NCBI GenBank assembly: GCA_037924335.1
Contig: JAXSMZ010000005.1
Span: 1-64,000, forward strand
From: Aquificaceae bacterium
GTDB lineage: Bacteria; Aquificota; Aquificia; Aquificales; Aquificaceae
Reading direction: 5' to 3'
Length of the DNA: 64,000 nt
A program made the translations under genes and the position numbers. The notes under the pieces are model-generated. The model was not told the origin of the DNA. It ran no database searches and saw only the letters and a list, made by a program, of their open reading frames with translations. Shown here piece by piece: positions 1 to 14,370 of the stretch; within the stretch, counting starts at the first letter, position 1, and the number at the start of each line of letters is the position of its first letter.

Positions 1-56
1 TCAAAACGGCTATCTCAAAACTTGACATATTGAGTATTATAAAACAGATATGGAAA

Positions 57-144
57 CGGAGGGGGAGGGATTCGAACCCCCGGTGGGCTGTAAACCCACT
101 GGTGATTTCAAATCACCCGCCTTCGTCCACTCGGCCACCCCTCC
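57..144 (-). tRNA. tRNA-Ser(TGA), long variable arm, no encoded CCA
   Basis: Reverse complement GGAGGGG-TGGCCGAGTGGACGAAGGC-GGGTGATT TGA AATCACC-variable stem-GGGGGTTCGAATCCCT-CCCCTCC-G folds as a cloverleaf. Confidence 0.95.
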
Positions 145-154
145 TAATAATAAT

Positions 155-2346
<2,192 letters not shown>

Positions 2347-2353
2347 TTAGTTT

Positions 2354-3223
2354 TTACTTCATGGCTTCTACCGCATTTACTATATCTATAAGCTCAGAAG
2401 TTATACTTTCTTGTCTTGCTTTGTTAAAGATGAGCGTCCAAGTTTTAACAAGCTCGTCTGCATTCCTCGTTGCATTGTCCATAGCTACCATCCTTGCAAA
2501 ATGTTCTGCAGCATTTGATTCCACCATAGCCCTGTAGATCTGGTAGTTCAGATAAAGGTCTACAAGCTTGTTAACAAGCTCTTCCTTCTCCACTTCAAAC
2601 TCGTAAACTCCATAATCACCCTTCCCATCCTCTGGCTTTTCAAAGGGAAGGAATGTTCTCAAAACTGGACTGTAGCTAACTCTGCTTACCATCTCATTGT
2701 TGAGAAGGTAAACCCTATCTGTTTCCTTATTGGAATACCTGTCTCTGATGGTATTCCCCACCTCTTTTACAATTTCAAAGTTTATCTCTTTTCTGAAAAC
2801 CTCATCGTACCCTTTTATCACTTTATACTTTCTCCTTCCAAAGTACTGATAGCCCTTTCTTCCTATCAGTATAAGGTTAACTTGTAGCCCTTTGGATTCT
2901 TTTTCCTGTATGATCTCTTCAGCCTTTCTGATCACATTAGAATTAAAAGCACCAGCAAGGCCTCTATCCGCTGTTATCAAGATAACATCAACAACCTTCT
3001 CTTCTCTAACTTCAAGCAGTGGATGAATTCCAGGGTCTATGTGTCCAGAGAGGTCTCTTATGACTTGGTATATTCTTTCAGAGTATGGTCTTGAAGCGTA
3101 AAGAAGCTCCTGTGCCTTTCTTAGCTTTGCGGCTGAGACCACTTTCATGGCATTTGTTATCCTTCTCGTGTTCTTTATACCTTGTATCTTCCTCCTAATG
3201 TCCCGTGGTGATAGCTTTGGCAT
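2354..3223 (-). CDS. atpG: F1F0 ATP synthase subunit gamma (ATG 3223 preferred)
   Basis: KITxAMK-like N-terminus, DRGLAGAFN, ARMVAMDNATRNA, NKARQESIT. Confidence 0.96.
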   Translation of the reverse strand: MPKLSPRDIRRKIQGIKNTRRITNAMKVVSAAKLRKAQELLYASRPYSERIYQVIRDLSGHIDPGIHPLLEVREEKVVDVILITADRGLAGAFNSNVIRKAEEIIQEKESKGLQVNLILIGRKGYQYFGRRKYKVIKGYDEVFRKEINFEIVKEVGNTIRDRYSNKETDRVYLLNNEMVSRVSYSPVLRTFLPFEKPEDGKGDYGVYEFEVEKEELVNKLVDLYLNYQIYRAMVESNAAEHFARMVAMDNATRNADELVKTWTLIFNKARQESITSELIDIVNAVEAMK

Positions 3224-3244
3224 AAAAAAATTATAGCATAACAT

Positions 3245-3343
3245 ACGCTGGGTGAGAAATTCCCGACTTGGTACATACTTAATCCTGTTAACCGAAGCTC
3301 TTCAGAGAAGTTTGCCGCTAAAGAGCTGTCTCTCACTCGTCAT
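3245..3343. mobile_element. ~99 bp MITE-like relic of an IS982-like element
   Basis: Left end ACGCTGGGTGAGAAATTC identical to the left end at 54714; degenerate right IR TCTCTCACTCGTCAT; flanked by ATAACAT/ATAATAT (7 bp, 1 mismatch). Confidence 0.7.
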
Positions 3344-3357
3344 ATAATATTTATTCC

Positions 3358-4536
3358 ATGTTCTTCGTTGGCATTGATAAGGATGGTAAACTGAGAAAGG
3401 GGAAGATCCATGCAAAGGACAAAAGAACAGCTTACAGTAGCTTGATGGCACAGGGAATAAGGCCCATCAGCATCAAAGGAGAATCGAGCCTATTGCAGAG
3501 GGAGATCCTTCAAAGGAAACCGTCAGACGAAGCCCTGTCTTTTGTGCTTGTTCAGCTCTCCCTTCTCCTCTCCTCTGGGCTAAGTTTGACAAAAGCTCTG
3601 CATACGCTTCATGAGCAGATGGAAGAGAGGAGACTATCCCAGGCTTTACTGAGTGTAAAAGAGAGCATAGAAAAGGGGGAACCAATACACCAAGCCTTCG
3701 AAAATGCGGACATATTTCCAGAGTTTTTGATAGAGATGCTAAAAACAGCAGAGAGGGGAGAGAACTTAGAAAAAGTGTTCAGCATAGCTGGGGAGTTTTT
3801 ACAGAGGATGTCAGAGATAAAAAGCAGAATAATATCTAACATGGCTTATCCTTCCTTTGTGATAGTACTTAGCCTCCTCTCGGTGCTTTTTGTTGTTAAA
3901 TTTGTAGTTCCAAAGATAGCAAGCGTTCTTGCCTCTCTTGGCAAGGACCTTCCCCTAATAACAAAAGCTCTCCTTATCCTTTCAAAAGCTCTTGGATACT
4001 TCCTTTACGCATTGCCCCTCTTCGTAGTCCTATTTCTTTTAAAAGGAAAACTTCTAACAAGAGATAAAATGGATGAGATGTATCTCAAAGTTCCCATATT
4101 TGGAAGGGTATCTTATTATTTTAATCTTTCGAGGTTTGCTGGAACGCTCAGCATGAGCTTCTTGTCTGGTATACCGTTGATAAAGTCCATAGCTCTTAGC
4201 AGAGGTAGTATAACCAACGCTTACCTTAGGAGTAAATTGATGGGTGTTGAGGAGGATGTGGCAAAAGGAGGAAAGCTCTCCTCAGCCCTGAAAAAGACGG
4301 GTATTTTTCCACAGCTTTTCTTAAACCTTTTGCAGACTGGTGAAGAGAGCGGTGAGTTGGAGAAGATGCTTTCTTTACTCCATCAGGTGTACGAGAAGCA
4401 AGCCATGAGAGTTATAAGCTTCTGGGTCAGGTTTGCAGAACCTCTTGCTATACTCTTTATAGGTCTAATAGTAGCTTTTGTAGTTTTCAGCGTTGTCTTA
4501 CCTATTACGGAGATATCTTCTGGAATTAGGAAGTAA
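3358..4536 (+). CDS. Type II secretion system F / PilC family inner-membrane platform protein
   Basis: Two T2SSF repeats (LLSSGLSL..., GEESGELEKML, AEPL), YPSFV TM motif. Confidence 0.9.
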   Translation: MFFVGIDKDGKLRKGKIHAKDKRTAYSSLMAQGIRPISIKGESSLLQREILQRKPSDEALSFVLVQLSLLLSSGLSLTKALHTLHEQMEERRLSQALLSVKESIEKGEPIHQAFENADIFPEFLIEMLKTAERGENLEKVFSIAGEFLQRMSEIKSRIISNMAYPSFVIVLSLLSVLFVVKFVVPKIASVLASLGKDLPLITKALLILSKALGYFLYALPLFVVLFLLKGKLLTRDKMDEMYLKVPIFGRVSYYFNLSRFAGTLSMSFLSGIPLIKSIALSRGSITNAYLRSKLMGVEEDVAKGGKLSSALKKTGIFPQLFLNLLQTGEESGELEKMLSLLHQVYEKQAMRVISFWVRFAEPLAILFIGLIVAFVVFSVVLPITEISSGIRK

Positions 4537-4538
4537 AG

Positions 4539-6087
<1,549 letters not shown>

Positions 6088-6100
6088 TTAAAATTATAGC

Positions 6101-6547
6101 ATGAAGGCTCTGCTTTTTCTTCTTATAGATATCTCCTTCTCCTTAGATTTCTGTATAAAACCAGTAGAAAACCCTTACAACGAACCTTATGTTAGCTACG
6201 CCCTACTGAGGAACTTAGAAAGGTCCATATTGGAGAGTGGGCATTCCTTAGGCTGTAATGGATCGTCCATAAGCATAACACCAGTCATTAAAGAGATAAA
6301 GGAGGTTCCAATAGCTTACACACCTTTCCAGAGAGTAAGCGCCTATAACATGACTCTGACTTTCATCCTTAAAGACTACAAGGGAGAAGTAAGATTCTCT
6401 CCCACAGTACCCTACTATCAATCAACAGGTGGACTTGGCAACCTTCCAAGGAGGGAGGCAATAGATAACGCTATGAGTATAATATATGTAGAACTGGTTG
6501 AGAACTTCAAAAGGAGGTACCAAGATGCTCATAAAGGTGGAGAGTAA
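6101..6547 (+). CDS. Exported protein, LptE-like
   Basis: N-terminal signal-like segment, VENPYNEP..LL pattern and size resemble LptE family. Confidence 0.45.
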   Translation: MKALLFLLIDISFSLDFCIKPVENPYNEPYVSYALLRNLERSILESGHSLGCNGSSISITPVIKEIKEVPIAYTPFQRVSAYNMTLTFILKDYKGEVRFSPTVPYYQSTGGLGNLPRREAIDNAMSIIYVELVENFKRRYQDAHKGGE

Positions 6548-6914
6548 AAAGAGCTTGGAAGAGCTTAGACAGAACATAGAAGAGCAAGCAAAGGCTAAAG
6601 GTTTTGGCGTTATGGCAGTTCACGATGTTACAAAAACCCTTGAAAGCAAGGGTATGCCCATAGGCTACGGTTGTGTGATAGTGGAGGTCTGCTCACCTAA
6701 GCATGCAAAGGCTATGCTTGACAAAAACCCCCAAGTCTCCACTGCTATGCCCTGCAGGATAAGCATAATAGACCAGGGGGACAAGAGACTCATCAGCACC
6801 ATATCGCCTATGGCTCTGCTTGATATGTTCAACATGTCGGAGGAAAGACCTATTGCAGAAGAAGTGGAGAGATTGATGAAAGATATAATGGAAGGCTCTG
6901 CGAAAGCTGTTTAA
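6525..6914 (+). CDS. DUF302 domain protein
   Basis: GFGVMAVHD, EVCSP, MPCRISI motifs; AGGAGG RBS before ATG 6525. Confidence 0.85.
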   Translation: MLIKVESKKSLEELRQNIEEQAKAKGFGVMAVHDVTKTLESKGMPIGYGCVIVEVCSPKHAKAMLDKNPQVSTAMPCRISIIDQGDKRLISTISPMALLDMFNMSEERPIAEEVERLMKDIMEGSAKAV

Positions 6915-7019
6915 ATATCTAACACATATGCAAAGGTAGCCTGATAGCCTACTAGGATTGCCCGTTTCTTCTCAACCACAGCGAAAATCACTTCAAAGAA
7001 CCTTCACACCCTCCTTCCA

Positions 7020-7221
7020 TCGTCGAACACTGCGACCGCTGGGAGACCGCGCTTCAGATTGAAGCTGTCGGAACCAAGAATAGCAATTCTACTCGCGCAT
7101 CCTCGCGCCGGCCTTATCTGGCAATGCCGAAACCCACTAAGACCTGGTGATTGTGGACGAGGCACACAAGATGGCCGCCTATCGCTACGGCGAGAAGACC
7201 GACAAGACCGAACGATACTGA
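7020..7221 (+). pseudogene. Degraded, internally deleted relic of a SNF2-family (DEAH) helicase
   Basis: GC-rich patch; 7126-7221 reads AETH*DLVIVDEAHKMAAYRYGEKTDKTERY*; upstream frameshifted pieces TLRPLGDR / QIEAVG / QFYSRILAP. Confidence 0.75.
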
Positions 7222-7242
7222 CATGCTGCTGAAATCGGTAGG

Positions 7243-8727
7243 TCACCTGTATATACACACACCGAAATCCTTAAACCTCTTGTTCCTTTTTGTATCGAGA
7301 AGATAGGTTACGAACCTTGACTCCGATGATGTGTAGAGTCTCCAAGTTTTCAAAGGATTGCAACCATCGAAGGATCCTATCTCAAACAAAACTATAGAAT
7401 TCCTTTCTGGTTTCTCGTCTCTTATTATCCTCCTTTTTGCATAGAAAGGAAGGTTATGGTGGAAGTATCCAACTTGGTATGTTTTTAGTCTGTTTTCTGG
7501 GTCTAAGGAAGCCACAAAATTTCCAAGTTCTCTGTACTTTCTGAAATCCTCAAGGTAAGTGAGCACTCCAGTATCCATTAAAAAGATGAAGGCGATGGCT
7601 CCAGCCAAAGGAGCCAGCTTTCTTTCTTTAAGAAGGAAAAAGATGGGGAAGAAAAAGAGGAGAAGGTACAGAGAGTCTAGCTCCAAGTAAAACATCAAGA
7701 TAATGAGAATAAGAGATATGAGAAGAGTTAAAATTAAAGTGGAAACTTTAATTATTCTGTGCCATTCTGAGTCTTTCAAAAAGCCTGCAGTTATGATGGC
7801 CATGGCTGGATATGCTGGAAGGACGTAAACGGGTATTTTTGACCTCACAAGACTGAAAAAGACAAAGAGAAAGAGAAACCAAACCAAGAAGAAGCTATAC
7901 TCTCTTCTTTTTTTAAAAAATGTCCAAAAAAGTGCGAAGAAAACTAAAAAAGAATAGGGAAGAAAGCTTACAAGCGTATCAAGAGGATAAAAGTAAAAGG
8001 GGTCATTGCCAGCATATATTCTTTTGAGATTTTCACTGTAGAATACATCCAAAAACTCTTTCCTATGAAGGATCAACTGGTATACATGCCACCAAAGACC
8101 AAGAGGAAGGGCAATAAAAGTAAAAAAGTAATACCTCTTTTTTAGGAGTTCCTTAGGGTCGCTGAAAAGAAGGTAGAGAAAGACAACGCTTGCTGGGATA
8201 AAAAAGCCGGCTGGTCCTTTTACGAGCATGGCAAGGGAAGAAGAAAGGAAAGCTAAAAAAATCAAAAAGGTATTGCCTCTTTTATAGCCTAAAAGCCAGA
8301 GGTAAAGTGAGAGTGTTATAAAGAAGGTAAAGGGGACCTCCGGAGAGGCATACCTTGTGTTGGCAAAGAATTGAAAGGATGCAAGAAGTATGAGCATAGA
8401 GAAAAGGGACACTTTTGTATCCTTCAAAACCTCCTTAGAGAGTAAGAAGGTAAGGAGTCCAATCAAAAGACCGAGCATAGCATGGAAGAACCTCAGTCCA
8501 AGCTCGTTTACACCAAAGATGGTGTATCCCAAAGAGACTATCCAGTATGTCATAGGTGGCTTTGCAAGTCTTAGCTGGCCGTTGTAATAAGGGGTCAAAA
8601 AGTCAAAGCTTTCAAGCATACGCCTTGAAGCCTCCGCATAGAAAGATTCGTTGGGCATCCAAACCTGAGGAAGGCCAAGATTTAAAAAGTAGAGAAGGAA
8701 GATAGATAAAAGTAAGAGATAAAACAT
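7243..8727 (-). CDS. ArnT/GT-C family membrane glycosyltransferase (PMT_2)
   Basis: NESFYAEASRRM, KPPMTYW, FGVNELGLR, LVKGP, multiple TM helices. Confidence 0.88.
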   Translation of the reverse strand: MFYLLLLSIFLLYFLNLGLPQVWMPNESFYAEASRRMLESFDFLTPYYNGQLRLAKPPMTYWIVSLGYTIFGVNELGLRFFHAMLGLLIGLLTFLLSKEVLKDTKVSLFSMLILLASFQFFANTRYASPEVPFTFFITLSLYLWLLGYKRGNTFLIFLAFLSSSLAMLVKGPAGFFIPASVVFLYLLFSDPKELLKKRYYFFTFIALPLGLWWHVYQLILHRKEFLDVFYSENLKRIYAGNDPFYFYPLDTLVSFLPYSFLVFFALFWTFFKKRREYSFFLVWFLFLFVFFSLVRSKIPVYVLPAYPAMAIITAGFLKDSEWHRIIKVSTLILTLLISLILIILMFYLELDSLYLLLFFFPIFFLLKERKLAPLAGAIAFIFLMDTGVLTYLEDFRKYRELGNFVASLDPENRLKTYQVGYFHHNLPFYAKRRIIRDEKPERNSIVLFEIGSFDGCNPLKTWRLYTSSESRFVTYLLDTKRNKRFKDFGVCIYR

Positions 8728-9947
8728 CAGGGGAACATTATAACGTCAACCAAGCTTCCCTTCTTAACTTCCTTAACACCTTCGTAAACTATCATATAAG
8801 CGTTCATGCCTACGTAGGATGTGAGCATATGGGATTGGGTCTTTGGGGAATAAGAGCAGTAGGCTTTCTCTCCCCTAAAGCTAACCTTTGCCCTCACAAA
8901 CTCCCTTCTTTCTGCATCCTTTCTGAGAAAATCTTCCTCAAGTGTTGCCTTAAACAGGTCTGGCATAAAATCCTTTCTACCCATCATCTTCAGAAGTGCA
9001 GGGTAAACGAGTAGGTCAAAGGCAATGGTGCATGATACAGGGTTTCCAGGAAGACCAAAAAAGAGCCTGTTGTTTCCATATACACCAAAGAGGACAGGCT
9101 TTGCAGGTTTTATCCTGAGTCTGTGGAACTTAACATCTACGCCCATATCCTTAACAATATACTGTATGTAGTCTTTACCTCCTACAGAAACACCGCCAGT
9201 TGTTATAAAAACATCGTAACTGTGCATGCATTCTAAAGCTTTTCTGATCTCTTCCGGGTTATCCTTTACTATCCCTATATAGCAAGCCTCTCCCCCACTT
9301 TTCAAAACTTGGGCCAAAAGGGTATGGCCGTTGGAGCTCCTTATCTGGGATGGCTCTTCAAGTATATCTCCAATGTCCTTTATCTCATCACCCGTTGAAA
9401 GTATGCCTACCCTTGGCTTTCTGTAAACCTGGGGTAAAACCTTGTTTACAGAGGCCATCAGACCAACCTCATAGGGCCTTATCCACGTTCCAGATTCTAT
9501 AAGCTTTTCACCCTTCTTGACTTCCTCTCCTCTTTTCCTTATGTTGCTCCCCCTTTTCAAAGGGTGCTTTATAAAAACAAGACCTCTTTCTGTATGCGTA
9601 AGCTCCAAAGGGATCACCACATCGGCTCCATCTGGTATTGGCGCTCCCGTAAATATCAAGGCTGCATTACCTCTTTCTAAATGGTTGTTCTCTTTTGTGC
9701 CAGCTGGTATCTCCGTTAGAACTTTTAACTTTACAGGGTTTTCTTCGCTGGCACTTTCTATATCTTCATACCTTACCGCATAACCGTCCATGGCAGAACT
9801 GTCAAAGGGTGGCTTGTCTGTATCTGCAAAGATGTCCTCAGCCAAAACCCTATACAAAGCCCTATCCAGGGGGACCTTCTCCGTATCAACAGTTCTTGTG
9901 TTTTCAAGCACTAAAGAAAGAGCTTCATCGTAAGGTATGAGGCTCAT
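8727..9947 (-). CDS. moeA: Molybdopterin molybdotransferase MoeA
   Basis: PFDSSAMDGYA, STGDE, TTGGVSVG, GLPGNPVS. Confidence 0.95.
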   Translation of the reverse strand: MSLIPYDEALSLVLENTRTVDTEKVPLDRALYRVLAEDIFADTDKPPFDSSAMDGYAVRYEDIESASEENPVKLKVLTEIPAGTKENNHLERGNAALIFTGAPIPDGADVVIPLELTHTERGLVFIKHPLKRGSNIRKRGEEVKKGEKLIESGTWIRPYEVGLMASVNKVLPQVYRKPRVGILSTGDEIKDIGDILEEPSQIRSSNGHTLLAQVLKSGGEACYIGIVKDNPEEIRKALECMHSYDVFITTGGVSVGGKDYIQYIVKDMGVDVKFHRLRIKPAKPVLFGVYGNNRLFFGLPGNPVSCTIAFDLLVYPALLKMMGRKDFMPDLFKATLEEDFLRKDAERREFVRAKVSFRGEKAYCSYSPKTQSHMLTSYVGMNAYMIVYEGVKEVKKGSLVDVIMFP

Positions 9948-10447
9948 TGTGTACCTCCACGTTTTATTTCAAGTATACGAGGGGTCAAAAGTCCATACCC
10001 TCTTTGTTGCCAGTGGATTATCTCTGTAAGAGCAGATGGGACTAAGGTGACAAAAGGATAGAAGTCTTTTTCTGTGTAGCCGTAAAGCTGGCGAGCAGCC
10101 ATATTGCATACCATAAACTTAACACCGTACATGCTTAGACTCTCAACCCTTTCAACGATCTCCTTATACCTTTCTCTGTTCTCCATAGCAAAGACTGGAA
10201 GCTCCCTTCCATGAGATACAACAACTATGTCTATGTCCTCTGGTGAATAGTTGTAAGGTGGGTTGGAAAGAACATAAACGATGTTAGATATCCAACCTAG
10301 GGCAGGTCCAAGAGCCTCTGGGCTTTCCAAAAAAAGCTCAACTACAGCCTTGAAGGGTCTGCTGTACTCAGTCTGAACAAACTTGCCATGCTCTGAGGAT
10401 AGGGAGAGGCTAACCAGGAACAAAAAAAGGATAAAAACTCTTTTCAT
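9944..10447 (-). CDS. Exported DsrE-family protein
   Basis: Signal peptide, IVVVSHGRE, GVKFMVC, VPSA...QQRGY. Confidence 0.75.
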   Translation of the reverse strand: MKRVFILFLFLVSLSLSSEHGKFVQTEYSRPFKAVVELFLESPEALGPALGWISNIVYVLSNPPYNYSPEDIDIVVVSHGRELPVFAMENRERYKEIVERVESLSMYGVKFMVCNMAARQLYGYTEKDFYPFVTLVPSALTEIIHWQQRGYGLLTPRILEIKRGGTQ

Positions 10448-10486
10448 GGTTATAAAATATAACATAAGCTTATCAAGGAGGTTAGA

Positions 10487-11260
10487 TTGAGGTTAGGGGT
10501 TGTTGGTTATGGAAGTATGGGAAGTAGCTTTGCCAAGGGACTAAAGGATTCTACAGAGGAGATAATGATCTATGAGGTGAAAGAGGAGAGAAAAATAAAG
10601 GCATTGGAGGAAGGTTTTGGTGTTGCAAAAAACCTCAAGTTTTTGGTGGATGGTTCAGATTTTATACTTCTTGCTGTAAAGCCAAAAGATGCTAAGGATG
10701 TGCTTTATGAAATAAAGGATACGCTGGATGGTAAAGTTCTTGTGAGCATTGTGGCTGGTCTTAGCATAGAGGAGATACAGAAGGTTGTAGGTAAAAGGAA
10801 GGTCATAAGGACCATGCCCAACATAAACGTGATAGTTCAAAGGGGGACAATAGCATACGTATGCTCCCAAGAGGTGAAGGAGGAAAGGGAAAAGTTCATA
10901 GAAACTTTCTCATCTTGCGGAGACCTCTACCAGATAGATGAGGGTTTGATGGACAGCTTTACAGCCTTGGCCGGTTCTGGACCAGCCTTTGTGTTCAAGT
11001 TTGTGTCAGCTCTTATTCTGGCAGGTATAAGAGAGGGTTTTTCTTACGAGCTTGCCAGAGATATAACGCTGAGCTTGCTCATTGGGAGCTGTGAGACGCT
11101 CAAAAGCTCAGACAAACATCCGGAAGATTGGATAGTAAAGGTTACTTCTCCAGCCGGCACAACCATAGAAGGTATAAAGGTACTAGAGGAGAGGGGTTTT
11201 TCTGGCATAATTATGGAATGCATAAGTGCAACGGCAAAGAGAGCAAAGAAACTGACCTGA
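10487..11260 (+). CDS. proC: Pyrroline-5-carboxylate reductase
   Basis: GYGSMG, LAVKP, RTMPN, GSGPAF, VTSPAGTTIEG; TTG start with GGGAGG RBS. Confidence 0.95.
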   Translation: MRLGVVGYGSMGSSFAKGLKDSTEEIMIYEVKEERKIKALEEGFGVAKNLKFLVDGSDFILLAVKPKDAKDVLYEIKDTLDGKVLVSIVAGLSIEEIQKVVGKRKVIRTMPNINVIVQRGTIAYVCSQEVKEEREKFIETFSSCGDLYQIDEGLMDSFTALAGSGPAFVFKFVSALILAGIREGFSYELARDITLSLLIGSCETLKSSDKHPEDWIVKVTSPAGTTIEGIKVLEERGFSGIIMECISATAKRAKKLT

Positions 11261-11835
11261 TCTTTTCCCTTAAACTGGAAAGGGCAAGGTTGGGTATAAA
11301 GCTGTGGAGGGGTGATGAGGACATCTACGTACCTAAACAGGTACACTCTAACAGGGTTATACTCCTCGATAACATGGAAAATGGTGAAGGTGATGCGATA
11401 ATTACTACCCTTTTAAACACAAAGATAGGTGTCAAGACGGCAGATTGTGTACCCATAGCCCTTTTAGGGTATAGAACGGTAGCAGTTATACACGCGGGTT
11501 GGAGGGGTTTAAAGGATGGTATCATAGAAAACACTTTGGGAATGTTTGAAAGGTTTGAACCCTTGAGCCATGCCTTTGCCTTTGTTGGACCTTCTGCAAG
11601 AGCTTGTTGCTACAAGGTAGGGAAGGACTTTGAGAAAAGCTTTCTTTCCGTGCATGTAAAAAATGGCTCTCTCTTCCTTGATACTCAGGAAGAAGCCATC
11701 ATAAAGTTAAAGAGGGAAGGCATAAGGAAGCTCCTGAGGATAAACGTATGCACCATATGCAACCATAGGCTTCCTTCTCACAGAAGAGATAAAACGCAGG
11801 ATAGAATGGTAACCTTTGCGGAAGTTACATCATAA
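11218..11835 (+). CDS. YfiH/PgeF family purine nucleoside phosphorylase (start uncertain)
   Basis: QVHS, GDAIIT, TADCVP, HAGWRG, CT...SHRR. Confidence 0.9.
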   Translation: MHKCNGKESKETDLIFSLKLERARLGIKLWRGDEDIYVPKQVHSNRVILLDNMENGEGDAIITTLLNTKIGVKTADCVPIALLGYRTVAVIHAGWRGLKDGIIENTLGMFERFEPLSHAFAFVGPSARACCYKVGKDFEKSFLSVHVKNGSLFLDTQEEAIIKLKREGIRKLLRINVCTICNHRLPSHRRDKTQDRMVTFAEVTS

Positions 11836-13096
11836 TATATTGAAGATGGGGCATCCACAGAGTTTGCTTCTTTTCCTTTTGATCCTGCTCTTTTCTATCT
11901 TTAGGCTATCTGATCTGTACCCTGAGGATGAAGACTTGGGAAAGGGATATATGGTTCTTGAGCTTCATGGCATTCCCAAGCAGAGGGAAAACTACATAGA
12001 AATAAAGTGTGATGTTGTGGGCGGGGAATTTCCGGAAATTTATGGAAAATCGGCTTTCCTCAAGGTCTATGGAGTGGAAAGTTTGGAATTTAGAAAAGTA
12101 GGGATAGAAGCAAACGTAAAAGTAAGAAAAGGGGGGATCTTTCTGTCAGCCTCCTACAGGGATATAAAAGCTATTTATCCCAAAGAGAAGGGGATAAGGG
12201 ATAGGCTCATAGAAAAGGCAGAGCAAAGTATAAGGGATAAGGAGGTGAGCAGCCTCTTCCTTACATACTTATTCGGTGAGGAACAAGATGTATTACCCCT
12301 TAGAGTTCAATCATCCTTTGGTCTTACTGGTCTCATTCATCTTCTTGTTGTTTCTGGCTCTCATGTGACTCTGATAGCTCTGATGCTCAGCAAGGCTGCC
12401 CCTTACAGATACGGAATTTTTCTGTCTCTTCTGGGTATAACCCTTTACGTATTCCTCTTGGTTCCCCATGAACCCCCAATTCTGAGAGCTTATGTTATGC
12501 TGTTCCTTGCCTTGTTTGTAAAGCTCTTCTATAGAAGGCCAGATATCCTTGGATTGCTCTTTTTCTCTGGCTCTTTAATCCTACTTTTCTATCCCCACTA
12601 TATTAAATCTTACTCCTTCTGGCTTTCCTTCTTTGCAACTCTCTACCTCATACTTTCTTTAAGGAACACGGAAGTTATAAAGAATTTCCTCAACATGAAG
12701 TTCAAAGTTAAGGCATGGTATTACCTGTTTATTTCCTTCTGGTCATCACTCTTTGCCTTCTGTGGCACAGCCCCCCTCGTAGCTTCCTTTTCTTTAGTAG
12801 CTCCTCTTTCCATCGTAGCAACGCCAATTGTAGCACCTTTCTTCATCCCATTTACGGCTTACTCCCTTTTGGAGGTTGTCAGCTCTTTTAACCTTCCCAC
12901 TTTTCCCTTGGAAGTGTTGGGGAAGCTCATAATAAAGCTTGTGAATACCCTTTCCAGCTTAGAGTTCACGTTTATGTCCTCCACATCCCTTGAGAAGGCT
13001 ATTTTTATAGAAACTCTTGGAGCATTCGCTCTTTACTTTTTAAAGGATTGGTGGAAGCTCTTAGCCTTTGGGCCTTTGGTCTTGTTGTTGTTTTAA
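11816..13096 (+). CDS. comEC: ComEC/Rec2 competence family membrane protein (no MBL domain; start uncertain)
   Basis: GLIHLLVVSGSHV, LRA, SFWLSFFAT motifs. Confidence 0.85.
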   Translation: MRKLHHNILKMGHPQSLLLFLLILLFSIFRLSDLYPEDEDLGKGYMVLELHGIPKQRENYIEIKCDVVGGEFPEIYGKSAFLKVYGVESLEFRKVGIEANVKVRKGGIFLSASYRDIKAIYPKEKGIRDRLIEKAEQSIRDKEVSSLFLTYLFGEEQDVLPLRVQSSFGLTGLIHLLVVSGSHVTLIALMLSKAAPYRYGIFLSLLGITLYVFLLVPHEPPILRAYVMLFLALFVKLFYRRPDILGLLFFSGSLILLFYPHYIKSYSFWLSFFATLYLILSLRNTEVIKNFLNMKFKVKAWYYLFISFWSSLFAFCGTAPLVASFSLVAPLSIVATPIVAPFFIPFTAYSLLEVVSSFNLPTFPLEVLGKLIIKLVNTLSSLEFTFMSSTSLEKAIFIETLGAFALYFLKDWWKLLAFGPLVLLLF

Positions 13097-14368
<1,272 letters not shown>

Positions 14369-14370
14369 CG

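Noticed and set aside
22..50. TTGACA as a sigma70 -35
   Set aside because: No -10 at 16-18 bp spacing, and it would point antisense into the tRNA
57..144. Possible selenocysteine tRNA (long variable arm)
   Set aside because: Anticodon reads TGA (Ser), not TCA, and the acceptor stem is a normal 7 bp
7004..7258. 84-aa minus-strand ORF
   Set aside because: Implausible composition; it is the antisense of the helicase relic
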